From: Terrimicrobiaceae bacterium
Lineage (GTDB): Bacteria > Verrucomicrobiota > Verrucomicrobiia > Chthoniobacterales > Terrimicrobiaceae
Direction of reading: 5' to 3'
Assembly (NCBI GenBank): GCA_041752695.1
Contig: JBGSVZ010000042.1
Coordinates: forward strand, 1-64,000
Length of the DNA: 64,000 nucleotides
This document shows positions 9,537 through 18,414 of this stretch, one piece after another. The position numbers were made by a program, and so were the translations under genes. The stretch's first letter is position 1. Each line of letters opens with the position of its first letter. The notes under the pieces are model-generated. The model made no database searches. It had not been told where the DNA came from and worked only from the letters and a program-made list of their open reading frames with translations.

Positions 9537-10321
9537 GTCGCCGCACCGCGGTAGCCCTCGGGATCGATCTCCACAAAGCCGAATCCCTCGGCACGCAAAC
9601 CCGTGTCAAGACGCCCCCGCAGGCCCTCCAAACCCGCCATCTCCGCCGGGGCGATTTGCACGCGTGCGCCCGCCGGATCCCCCGCCAGATAGCGCACCCG
9701 AAAAACCCGAAAACCCAGCGTTTTCACAAACGCCTCACCCCGCTCGACCAGGCCAATGGCCTCCCGCGTGACTGGCGTCCCATGCGGAATGCGCGAGGAC
9801 AAGCATGGCTGCGCCGGCGCGTCCGCGGTGGGCAATCCCAGCTCGCGCGAAAGGCTGCGCACGTCGCTTTTCGTCAGGCCCGCCTGCTTGAGCGGCGCAA
9901 TCACGGCAAACTCCTTCGCCGCCCGCGAACCCGGACGCAAATGCGCGGGATCGTCGGCATTTTCCCCGTAAGCGATCGCGGCAAATCCGCGGTCCCGGGC
10001 CAAGGCCTCCATGCGCATAAATAACTCGGACTTGCAGAAATAACACCGGTTCAGAGGATTACTCAGGTATTCTTCATTGCCGAATTCCTCCGTCGCAATG
10101 ACCTCCACGCGCGCCCCAAATCCGCGAGCCACGTCCAAAGCTTCCGCCAGCGCCGCCCGCGGCAAACTTGGGCTGTCCGCGATCACTCCCACCGCATTTT
10201 CTCCCAACACCCGGGTCGCCACCGCCAGCAGACACGCGCTATCCACCCCTCCAGAATACGCGACGAGCAGCGGAGCGTTGCACCGCAAGATGTTTTCTAG
10301 CTCCTGGAATTTTTCGCTCAT
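9533..10321 (-). CDS. larE: ATP-dependent sulfur transferase LarE
   Basis: PP-loop SGGVDS; RCYFCK, RPG and PCLSSRIP motifs. Confidence 0.9.
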   Translation of the reverse strand: MSEKFQELENILRCNAPLLVAYSGGVDSACLLAVATRVLGENAVGVIADSPSLPRAALAEALDVARGFGARVEVIATEEFGNEEYLSNPLNRCYFCKSELFMRMEALARDRGFAAIAYGENADDPAHLRPGSRAAKEFAVIAPLKQAGLTKSDVRSLSRELGLPTADAPAQPCLSSRIPHGTPVTREAIGLVERGEAFVKTLGFRVFRVRYLAGDPAGARVQIAPAEMAGLEGLRGRLDTGLRAEGFGFVEIDPEGYRGAAT

Positions 10322-10527
10322 CCCCCTCCCACTATCCCTCTACCTGTCCAGAGAAGCAATGGATTGAGAAAGATCCACCACCTCGCAAGGAGCGCAAACC
10401 CTACCGGCCGGCGACGATCTCTCCGCAGTCCTCATTACGGGAAGAACCTTTCGGAAAACCGCTCTGAAAGCAAGCCAGCCAGGGGGAAGCGGGCTCCTGC
10501 TTGGAAAATCAGAAAGCCTCGCCTTCT

Positions 10528-13044
10528 TCAGGGCTTGAAAGTGCCGGAGACCGCTGGCTTGATTTCCGTCGGAAACTTGGAGGTGGTTTGAGGAATCAGC
10601 GTCTTATCGAACGGGGTCGGCTTGGCCTCGGAAACCGTCCGGTCGGGTGTGGCGATGGGGGTCACGACAGAGCCCGAGGGGCCACGCGGAGTGGTGAAAG
10701 TTTCCCCCGGCCTTGCCTGGGCAGGAGGGGTGGGCGCGGGAGTGGGATTGCCCCCGAATAACTCTCCCGCCTTCGCGGCTGGGTCCGTGTTGTCGCTCAC
10801 GGGCGGAGGCGAACTCTGTTTCTCCTCGGGGATCCCCGTAGACGTCGTGTCGCCACTCGACGCCGTCAAGCTTCCGCTCGCGGTTGTCGAGTCCGAGGCT
10901 CCCCCGGTCGAAAGATTGGAAGTGCCCCCGCTATTCACCCCGCTCACCGGACCAATGGTGCGGGAGAGGGCCGTCTTTTCGGCCGGCAGCGGATTGGCCA
11001 GCCTCAGGTCGGGCTTCAAAGACGAGGACGGTTTGCCGGCGTCGAATTTCACCGGCTCGGCTTGGGAACCGGAATTCTGGGCATCAAGAGGAGTCAACGG
11101 TATCGCCCCGGCGGCGCGCACGGGCGTTTTTTCCTCGGGCAGGGGTTTCGCGAGAGTCGTATCGGGGCCGGTGATTGTTGCCGGAGGCGTGCCAGAGTCC
11201 GTGGTCCGGTTAGGAGCTCCCTCCAGGCCGGTCGGACCGACCCCATCTCCGACAAAATCGGCGGGATCTTCGCGAATTCCTTGGGTGTTGACCGGCGAAT
11301 CGTCGGTCGGCCGGGTTCCACCGACTCCGCGGGAGAGATCGAATGTGTCGGTACCCTTGTTACCACCGCTCTCATTGACCACGCCGGGTGCCCCGGGAGT
11401 CCCCGCCAGGTTACGAATTTGATCGTCCTGCGGCAAGTCCCCTTTCACGCCCACGGGACCGGTCACCCGTCCACCGGAGGTGCCGTCGCTGGGCACAGGG
11501 TCCGTCGTGCCGCCGCCGGGCGGAAGTTTCGACTGGCGAATTTGTTCCGCGACAGTGTCCGTGTTGATGAGGTCAAACTCCAGCGGCGGAGTGTCGTCCG
11601 CCGGGGTGCCGACGCCACCGCCTTTGGGTGCTGGCTTGGGTTTCTCCGCAACAATGGTTTCCACCACGCGTCCCGAGACGTTGTCCTTCCGCTCGGCTTT
11701 GACGATCGCCCCGTTTTTGGCCACATCGATGACCAAGCTGGTTCCATTTTGGCTGGGATTCGTAATCTGCAGCTGACCATTCTTTCCCGGACGGATCGCA
11801 CTCCCATCGGGAAACTTCGTCACAACACTCTGCGCGCCAGTGTCCTCGTCCCGTTCGATGACGAGATTACCTTTGCCTTTTGTCCCGCCAACATGAGCCG
11901 TGGCGTCGGAGAAGGCTCCAGCCGTCGTGAGATCCAGCTTTTTCGTTGTCTCGTTGATGAAGCGCTTCTGTTTGGCGGCATCGGAGGCCGGCGAGGAGAC
12001 GGATCCGGTCCCTTGGTCCGCAATCCCGGTCACCCCGTCGCCCTGGTTCGCGGAATCGGCCAGGGGTCCCTGCAAGACCGAGCCACCCGTGAGGTCCCGA
12101 ACGGGGTTCCCTGATGGGAGCGCGTCGGCATCCGCTTGAGTGACGGCGGGAGAGTCCCCAAAACCCTGGTCAAACTTCGGGCGCTTGGTTTTGTCTTCGT
12201 TAAGGCGGCTGTCCACGCCACTGGCTGCGGTTGTCCCCGTGAGAGATTCCGCCGCGGCTTCGAGGGTCTCACTCCGATTGGCGCCGGTGGCAGGGAGCGC
12301 GCCGGCGGCGATTTCTTCGCCCTTTCTGGCACTGCCGCCTTTGTCGGGTCCGGCGATTCCAGGGTTCGGTCCGCCTCCGGGTTCGCGGATGGGATTGTCG
12401 TTGGCGGCATCGGCCGCACCCTGCCGTTTGGGATCAAGAGTAACCGCAGTCGCTGCGCCGACCGTCTTGGTGGTCGTGCTAAGTTTTCCCAAAGAGCCGG
12501 GAGAGGGGGCTGCGGCCGCCTTACCCGTTCCCGGGCCTTGCGTCGTCACCTTCTGATTGCTCGTGGCGGTTTCGGTGGTCGAAATTTTGGGACCCGTTCC
12601 TGGCTCCCGAGGCTGCGTCGGCTTTTTAATCTCCAGCGGGGCCACCGGTTTCACCGCAATTTTGGGCACGGACTGGGCTGAGGATTTTTGGGCGGTCGTG
12701 GCAACGCCAGCGGCTTTTTCGGCGGACTGGGCGGCTTTTTGCGCCGACTCGGCCTTACTGGCGGACTTCTGAGCGACCGCGGCCTTATCCGCAGCCTTTT
12801 GCGCCGACTCGGCCTTGGTGGAAGCTTTTTGAGCGTTGTCGGCCTTGGAGGCCCGTTCCGCGGCCTTGGAGGCTTTAGCGGCGCTCTCGGCCGTCTTCGC
12901 CCGTTTTGCCGCCTTCTCCGCGGCCTCGGCGGCCTTTTCGCTGGAATCCGTCTTGGGGATTCTGGGCGGGGTTTGGGCGGAGCTAAGCGAAGGGGCCAGA
13001 ACGAAGGTGCTGGCGCAAAATGCGGCTACGAGGTGGCGTTTCAT
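10528..13044 (-). CDS. large secreted low-complexity protein (838 aa), unknown function
   Basis: Signal peptide ending LSSA-Q; Ala/Lys decamer repeats; P/G/T/D-rich body; ATGA-coupled to upstream gene. Confidence 0.85.
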   Translation of the reverse strand: MKRHLVAAFCASTFVLAPSLSSAQTPPRIPKTDSSEKAAEAAEKAAKRAKTAESAAKASKAAERASKADNAQKASTKAESAQKAADKAAVAQKSASKAESAQKAAQSAEKAAGVATTAQKSSAQSVPKIAVKPVAPLEIKKPTQPREPGTGPKISTTETATSNQKVTTQGPGTGKAAAAPSPGSLGKLSTTTKTVGAATAVTLDPKRQGAADAANDNPIREPGGGPNPGIAGPDKGGSARKGEEIAAGALPATGANRSETLEAAAESLTGTTAASGVDSRLNEDKTKRPKFDQGFGDSPAVTQADADALPSGNPVRDLTGGSVLQGPLADSANQGDGVTGIADQGTGSVSSPASDAAKQKRFINETTKKLDLTTAGAFSDATAHVGGTKGKGNLVIERDEDTGAQSVVTKFPDGSAIRPGKNGQLQITNPSQNGTSLVIDVAKNGAIVKAERKDNVSGRVVETIVAEKPKPAPKGGGVGTPADDTPPLEFDLINTDTVAEQIRQSKLPPGGGTTDPVPSDGTSGGRVTGPVGVKGDLPQDDQIRNLAGTPGAPGVVNESGGNKGTDTFDLSRGVGGTRPTDDSPVNTQGIREDPADFVGDGVGPTGLEGAPNRTTDSGTPPATITGPDTTLAKPLPEEKTPVRAAGAIPLTPLDAQNSGSQAEPVKFDAGKPSSSLKPDLRLANPLPAEKTALSRTIGPVSGVNSGGTSNLSTGGASDSTTASGSLTASSGDTTSTGIPEEKQSSPPPVSDNTDPAAKAGELFGGNPTPAPTPPAQARPGETFTTPRGPSGSVVTPIATPDRTVSEAKPTPFDKTLIPQTTSKFPTEIKPAVSGTFKP

Positions 13045-13322
13045 GGTGCTTGAGTTTTGGGTTGGTCGGACCGGGCGGAAAAAAGAGTTTGCCAGATTTT
13101 GGAAAAAAATCCGGGGGACGCCGGTCCGTCAGCCTGCGTGGTGCGACTGGCGGCAAGGGCGCGATTTTGCTCACGAAGCAATCCGATCCGGTGGTAGGTG
13201 CCCTGCCCAGTAAAATCCTGACGAAGAATGGCGGGGTGGAACGATGCCGACGGCGAAGGACCTGCTTCAACCAGCGCCACGCATCCTAAGAAAAGGAGGG
13301 CTGTGGTGATGAGCAGTTTCAT
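13041..13322 (-). CDS. small secreted protein (93 aa) carrying RQDxTGxGTYHRxGL motif
   Basis: ATG 13322 lies 5 nt after the upstream stop; signal peptide MKLLITTALLFLGCVALVEA; stop overlaps next start. Confidence 0.8.
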   Translation of the reverse strand: MKLLITTALLFLGCVALVEAGPSPSASFHPAILRQDFTGQGTYHRIGLLREQNRALAASRTTQADGPASPGFFSKIWQTLFSARSDQPKTQAP

Positions 13323-13327
13323 GGAGT

Positions 13328-14437
13328 TTACCAGGTAAAAAAGGCCCGGACGAGGATGGTTCCCGTCAGGGCGGTGAATGCCGCGCTGTCCACATTCGAC
13401 CGTGAGTCGGTGTAGCTGCCGACAAAATCTGCCGCTAGAAATTTCAGCGGCTGAATGGTGACGGCCAGCGTCGGCGTCCACGAAGCATCCACCCGGTCCA
13501 CTCCGACATTGGATTCCGTGCTGAACTGGACGGACGGGGAGATGAAAAGCCCGAAGTCTTTGATCGGGACGAAAGTCACCCCAAGGTTGAAGTCGTGTTT
13601 GAACTTATCCGCCACCGCCAGGGGCACGTCGGCATCCAGATAGGAAAAGTTGTAGCTGAAGGTGGGGATGAGCCAGGGGAAGGGGAAAAAGGCGAACTCG
13701 TTGTTTAATCCATACGTCCATTGCTGGAAAAACTGCGTGCCACTCGCGCGATTGACGAGGGAGGTGTATTGCCAGTTCGGTTGGAAGGTATAACTGGCCT
13801 TGTTGTTGAAGAAAAGTTTCTCCCAACTAAGGGCCTGCCGGATTGTGCTGGTATTGAAGTCTCCGTCAGAGAGACCCGGGTCGTAGAAGCGGAACCACGC
13901 ATAGTCGTAGCTGGTGGACAGCTTCCAATCCTGCCAGGCGAAATCCACGCTCGTGCCGAGAAACTGGGCAAATTGCCCGGCCTGAATCGGATCGGTTTGG
14001 GTATTAAGGATATTCGACGAACCGAAAAACATCGAACTGGTCCGGCCCTGCAAGGACACATAGTCCGCCAACGAATCGAGAAAACCCCGTGTCTCTTCCT
14101 CCCCTGTAACGGATTTTTTCCCATCCGTGGCCGAGACCGAACTCGATACTCCCGACGCCGTGATCTCCGTCTCATTCGCCACGTTTTCCACGACCGCCTC
14201 ATCAACCTCCCTGACATCCGCCACCGCCCGATCCTGTTCCCGGATCAGCCCCAGCCGATGATACGTCCCCTTGCCCGTCCAATCCTGACGACGATAGGAT
14301 TCGATCGCCGACTGCTGGCGCGTGAGTTGCGCCACGGCTTCACTGCCCCCCGCCAGAAGCAGCCCCAATGCCACAAGTGTTAGGCCCCATTGCGAAAGCA
14401 GGCCCTTACCCGAAATTCCCTTGGTCGTTCCGGTCAT
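13328..14437 (-). CDS. outer-membrane beta-barrel protein with N-terminal shared motif
   Basis: Signal peptide (...SEAVA-Q); alternating aromatic beta strands; C-terminal ...VRAFFTW beta-signal; start ATG 14437 preferred over the ORF start at 14482. Confidence 0.8.
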   Translation of the reverse strand: MTGTTKGISGKGLLSQWGLTLVALGLLLAGGSEAVAQLTRQQSAIESYRRQDWTGKGTYHRLGLIREQDRAVADVREVDEAVVENVANETEITASGVSSSVSATDGKKSVTGEEETRGFLDSLADYVSLQGRTSSMFFGSSNILNTQTDPIQAGQFAQFLGTSVDFAWQDWKLSTSYDYAWFRFYDPGLSDGDFNTSTIRQALSWEKLFFNNKASYTFQPNWQYTSLVNRASGTQFFQQWTYGLNNEFAFFPFPWLIPTFSYNFSYLDADVPLAVADKFKHDFNLGVTFVPIKDFGLFISPSVQFSTESNVGVDRVDASWTPTLAVTIQPLKFLAADFVGSYTDSRSNVDSAAFTALTGTILVRAFFTW

Positions 14438-14470
14438 TCCCGAGGTTTCTATCAGCTTGAGACAACTTTG

Positions 14471-14499
14471 CCTATCGCCCATTAGGGTGATTTTCCCTA
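14471..14499. promoter_or_regulatory. candidate operator between divergent barrel operon and LuxR gene
   Basis: Overlapping dyads CCTA-N8-TAGG and TAGGG-N7-CCCTA. Confidence 0.3.
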
Positions 14500-14539
14500 T
14501 AGTTGAATCGAAATCCTCCTGCTAGACGTACCGTCCCGA

Positions 14540-15658
14540 ATGAAAATGGAAGCATTGGACGAGGCGCTGGTACGTCTCCAGCGGGCGGTCACGCCCGAGG
14601 ACTTTTGGAATGCGGCAGAGTTCCTCCTTCGTTCCGCCATGCCGGTCTATCACGTCCTTTTCGGACTCAAAGGCAAAGGGACTCTTCCCGCCTTTCTTCG
14701 CACGTCCCAGCCGGTGCCCGATGAGCCGGAATATTTCCGACGGCTCGACGCGGCCGCCCCGCTCTCCAAAGTTGTCGACCGCAGTCGCGGCATCCGGGTC
14801 TCCCGCATGAGCGATCAGGTGCCAGCACCGCTTTTGCTCCTGTCTCCCTTTTACCGCAAGTTTATGAAACCGGAGGGCTGGCGGTACTCGGCCGCGTTGT
14901 TCTTCTGGGACCGGAACGACGACTTTCTGGGTCACCTTGCGGTCAACCGTACAAAAGCGCAGGGCGACATCACGGACGAGGAAATGCAGCTCCTGAACCG
15001 CATCCACCCCCACCTCGCCGCGGCCATCGAACGCATTCTGGCCAGCGACCTGGTTGCCGCCACCGGCCTCGGCATGGAGCAGGCCATTTCCCAACTGCCC
15101 CTGCCCATGCTGCTGCTCGACTGGAACCTCGACCTCCGCTATGCCAATCCCGCTGGAAGGGCGGCGCTCGCCGAGTGGAATCAGCAAAAACCGCCGCATC
15201 GCACAAAATCGGAATCGGATATTCCCAGCGAACTCCTGACCGCCTGCCACACGCTTCGGGCCGCCTGGGAATCCGCCTTCCCCGCAGCCCGCGTCGTCAC
15301 CGCAGAAAAATCAGCCGCCGCTTTTCACGCCGCAGATCCGGCCTTTTCGGCGGTCGTCAGCCTGGTGGAACCGGAGGCGGGACGCGCCCTCGAACCGTCC
15401 TTCGCCATCCAATTCCATCTCCCTCCGAAACACCACGCCTCGAAGGGCCGTGCCCTGGCGGAACTCTCCCGGCTCACGGCGGCGGAGCGCTCGGTCGTCC
15501 GGCTCGCCGCGGGTGGATACGATAACGCCGCCATCGCCGCAGAACTCTGCGTGAGTCCAAACACAGTCAAAACCCACCTTCGCCATATTTTTGAAAAGCT
15601 GGGCGTCACGAGCCGCAGCCAGCTCGTCGCGCTACAGACCGCGATGGAAAAAGCGTAA
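14540..15658 (+). CDS. LuxR-family HTH regulator with GAF/PAS-like sensory N-terminus
   Basis: LTAAERSVVRLAAGG...IAAELCVSPNTVKTHLRHIFEKLGV; PAS-like LLDWNLDLRYANPAG. Confidence 0.9.
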   Translation: MKMEALDEALVRLQRAVTPEDFWNAAEFLLRSAMPVYHVLFGLKGKGTLPAFLRTSQPVPDEPEYFRRLDAAAPLSKVVDRSRGIRVSRMSDQVPAPLLLLSPFYRKFMKPEGWRYSAALFFWDRNDDFLGHLAVNRTKAQGDITDEEMQLLNRIHPHLAAAIERILASDLVAATGLGMEQAISQLPLPMLLLDWNLDLRYANPAGRAALAEWNQQKPPHRTKSESDIPSELLTACHTLRAAWESAFPAARVVTAEKSAAAFHAADPAFSAVVSLVEPEAGRALEPSFAIQFHLPPKHHASKGRALAELSRLTAAERSVVRLAAGGYDNAAIAAELCVSPNTVKTHLRHIFEKLGVTSRSQLVALQTAMEKA

Positions 15659-15702
15659 ACCCGCATCCAAACGATCCGCCGACACCCGGCGACACTCGAA
15701 GG

Positions 15703-16530
15703 TCACAGGCTCAGCCTGGCAAACAGGGCATCCAGCGGCATTTGCAGGCCGATAAAAAATTCGCCGAAGTCCGCGTATTGCGCACTCACCTCGTCAAAGC
15801 GCATTTCGTAAACGATGGCTTTGATTTCCGAAGTCGTCTTAGCGAACAACGTCACGCCCCACTCCATGTCGTCGAGGCCCGTCGAGCCGGTGATGAGTTG
15901 CAGGATCCTTCCCGAATACGTCCGCCCCACCCTGGCATGACCCGCCATCAATTTTTTGCGCGTCTCAAAGTCCAAGGCGTACCAATTTTGTCCCTCGCCG
16001 CCGCGGCGTTTCGACATGGGGTAAAAACAAATCACCGGCCAATCCGGCAGGTTTGGCTCCAGGCGGTCCTTCGCATATTTTGCCATGCGTACCCGAAATG
16101 CCGTCATCTTCTCTTCAAATGCCGGCGAGCCGGGAGCAAGCTCCTCCTCGGCTTCCAGAGTCACCGCATATTCGTCTTCGGAGGTGGTGTATTCACTGCG
16201 CTCGGTCATCGAGAGCCAAGAATACTCCGCCGAAAGCACGCCCGGGCCGAGTGCCAGCGCGAGCTGCTTGGCACAGGCATCCGCCACGTGCAAATCGGGC
16301 GTGATGAGCATGAACCCAAGATCCGCCTTCGGCGTGACGAGGCTGAAGGTCAGAAGCTGCGTTTCGGGAATGGCCCGGATGTCCTGCACGACCTCGGCCA
16401 GGGTCGTTTTCGCCTCAATGCTCTCCCCGGAATCGAGCAGATCCCAGGAGCTGTAGTCGATGCGGAAGAACAGGTGAAGTACGTGGCGGCCCTCGGTCGG
16501 GCGCACGGGGTCGGGCGTATGAGTTTCCAT
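15703..16530 (-). CDS. chdC: coproheme decarboxylase (HemQ/ChdC)
   Basis: FYPMSKRR, NWY, proximal H (AGHARVGR), EWGVTLF and VYEMRFDEVSA motifs. Confidence 0.88.
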   Translation of the reverse strand: METHTPDPVRPTEGRHVLHLFFRIDYSSWDLLDSGESIEAKTTLAEVVQDIRAIPETQLLTFSLVTPKADLGFMLITPDLHVADACAKQLALALGPGVLSAEYSWLSMTERSEYTTSEDEYAVTLEAEEELAPGSPAFEEKMTAFRVRMAKYAKDRLEPNLPDWPVICFYPMSKRRGGEGQNWYALDFETRKKLMAGHARVGRTYSGRILQLITGSTGLDDMEWGVTLFAKTTSEIKAIVYEMRFDEVSAQYADFGEFFIGLQMPLDALFARLSL

Positions 16531-16566
16531 GTTTCAGCATTATCCTGTCGCACGACGAAAAAACGA

Positions 16567-16594
16567 TTGCAATCCGCAGGGTGAACCGTAGTTT
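16567..16594 (+). promoter_or_regulatory. putative sigma70 promoter of ferredoxin
   Basis: TTGCAA-16-TAGTTT with downstream GGAGG. Confidence 0.5.
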
Positions 16595-16617
16595 CCGCCA
16601 CGGAGGAGCAAGAACCT

Positions 16618-16851
16618 ATGGCAGACGCAGCAAACAAGTATTCGCAAAACATCACAGGAGCCTTTTACGTCGATGATCAGTGCATCGACTGCGACCTGTG
16701 CCGGGAAACCGCACCCGCAAACTTCAAACGCGACGACGACGGCGGTCACAGCTACGTCTACAAACAGCCCGAATCTCCCGAGGAGGAAGCCCTCTGCAAG
16801 GAAGCCATGGAAGGCTGCCCGGTCGAGGCCATCGGTAGCGACGGGGAATAA
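16618..16851 (+). CDS. ferredoxin (single 4Fe-4S type)
   Basis: CIDCDLC...CPVEAI. Confidence 0.92.
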   Translation: MADAANKYSQNITGAFYVDDQCIDCDLCRETAPANFKRDDDGGHSYVYKQPESPEEEALCKEAMEGCPVEAIGSDGE

Positions 16852-16875
16852 TCCCATCCTTCATTCGATTTCCCG

Positions 16876-16906
16876 AAGGCCTCCGCTGAGCGGGGGCCTT
16901 TTTTTT
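16876..16906 (+). terminator. intrinsic terminator
   Basis: AAGGCCTCCGC-TGA-GCGGGGGCCTT hairpin followed by T-run. Confidence 0.8.
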
Positions 16907-16907
16907 C

Positions 16908-17264
16908 ATGCGCATCGAGGATATCCGCCGGCGGGTCATCGAAGACTGGCGGGGCCTACCCGATTCCCCCGGAAAGGCGGACCGTTGCGTGCCTGTTTCC
17001 GAGGCGCTGAAAAAAATCCTGCCGAAACTAGGCCTCACCGAACGGCTCAATGAACAGGAAGTCCAGGCCGCCTGGCGGGAAATTGTCGGGGATTTTCTCG
17101 CCGAACATTCCGTGCCCGTTTCCATGAAGGAAGGCGTTGTCACGGTTCAGGTCCTCCAGCCCACCGTGCGTTATGAACTCGACCGCACGTGGAAAAAAGA
17201 AATCCTCGCCAAACTGAAAGCCCGCTTCGGAGCAAAAACCGTCAAAGAAATCCGCTTTCGCTGA
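16908..17264 (+). CDS. DUF721/DciA-family protein
   Basis: AWREIVGDFLAEHSVP...KEILAKL...VKEIRFR pattern. Confidence 0.75.
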   Translation: MRIEDIRRRVIEDWRGLPDSPGKADRCVPVSEALKKILPKLGLTERLNEQEVQAAWREIVGDFLAEHSVPVSMKEGVVTVQVLQPTVRYELDRTWKKEILAKLKARFGAKTVKEIRFR

Positions 17265-17269
17265 GGAAA

Positions 17270-17304
17270 CTTCCGCCTTCCGACTTCCCACTTCCCACCT
17301 CCCA
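17270..17304 (+). repeat. heptamer tandem repeat (CTTCCCA-like x5)
   Basis: CTTCCGC CTTCCGA CTTCCCA CTTCCCA CCTCCCA. Confidence 0.8.
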
Positions 17305-17921
17305 TGATCCGCAACATCCTCCTCGATTGGTCGGGCACATTAGCCGACGATCTCCGTCCCGTGCTCAAGGCCACCAATGCGATATTCCGTCACTACGGAC
17401 GCAAGGAATTGAGCCTGGAGGAATTTCGCCGACACTTTCGTCTGCCCTTCGCGGGCTTTTATGCGGAGTTTCTTCCCGAAGCCACGGACGAGGGCCTCGG
17501 CGTGCTTTACGAACGTTTCTTTTCCGGGCTCCACGGCGAGGTCGAACTCATCCCGGGTGCGCGGGATTTCCTGGATTTCTGCCGGGCCACAGGACGCCGC
17601 ACATTTCTCCTCAGCACGATCAAAAGTGCGCATTTCGACGAGCAGGCCGGCCGCCTCGGTGTCCGCGACGCCTTCGAACACCCCTACGTGGAGATCATGG
17701 ATAAACGCGAAAAGATCCGCGAGATTCTCGCCACCCACAACCTCGCCCCCGGAGAAACCATGTTCGTCGGCGACATGGTGCACGACATCGAAACCGCCCG
17801 CCACGGCGGCGTGCTCGACGTCGCCGTACTCACTGGATTCGATCCTCTGGAAAAACTTGCCCCGGCCAATCCTTCCGTCGTGGTGGAAAATCTCACCGTC
17901 CTGCAAAGGCTCCTCTCATGA
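17304..17921 (+). CDS. HAD-superfamily hydrolase
   Basis: LLDWSGTL motif I variant; FVGDMVHDI motif. Confidence 0.88.
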   Translation: MIRNILLDWSGTLADDLRPVLKATNAIFRHYGRKELSLEEFRRHFRLPFAGFYAEFLPEATDEGLGVLYERFFSGLHGEVELIPGARDFLDFCRATGRRTFLLSTIKSAHFDEQAGRLGVRDAFEHPYVEIMDKREKIREILATHNLAPGETMFVGDMVHDIETARHGGVLDVAVLTGFDPLEKLAPANPSVVVENLTVLQRLLS

Positions 17922-18274
17922 ACGAAATCGTCATCCAGGGACTTTCCGTGGAATGCCATGTCGGGGTGCCCGATGAGGAACGGCGGCACCCCCAGACTCT
18001 TTCGATCACTGCCACCCTTACCCCCCGTGTCGCTTTCGCCGACCTGCAGGACAACATTGTCCAGACGGCCGATTACGACCTCGCCGCGCGCCGGATCTCG
18101 GCTGTCGCGCAAGCCCGTCCTCGCCGTCTCATCGAAACCCTCGCCGTCGAACTCGCCGACATGCTTCTCGCGGAGTTTGCACTCACCGCAGCCGAGGTGG
18201 AAATCCGGAAATTCATCCTCCCCAATACCGAGTATGTGGCCGTTCGCTGCCGCCGAGTTCACCCGGCCGCCTGA
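17918..18274 (+). CDS. folB: dihydroneopterin aldolase
   Basis: HVGVPDEER, TADY, LIETLA and IRK motifs. Confidence 0.85.
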   Translation: MNEIVIQGLSVECHVGVPDEERRHPQTLSITATLTPRVAFADLQDNIVQTADYDLAARRISAVAQARPRRLIETLAVELADMLLAEFALTAAEVEIRKFILPNTEYVAVRCRRVHPAA

Positions 18275-18414
18275 TTTTTTTTCGAATCCAATCGCCGTCG
18301 GGGAACGCAGGAGATCATGCAGTGTTTCTCTTATCACCATATGCGACACCATCACCGGCCATCTTTTGTGTGTTCAGCAAAGCCAGTCTCGATCATTCTG
18401 CCCCTGATTCGCCC

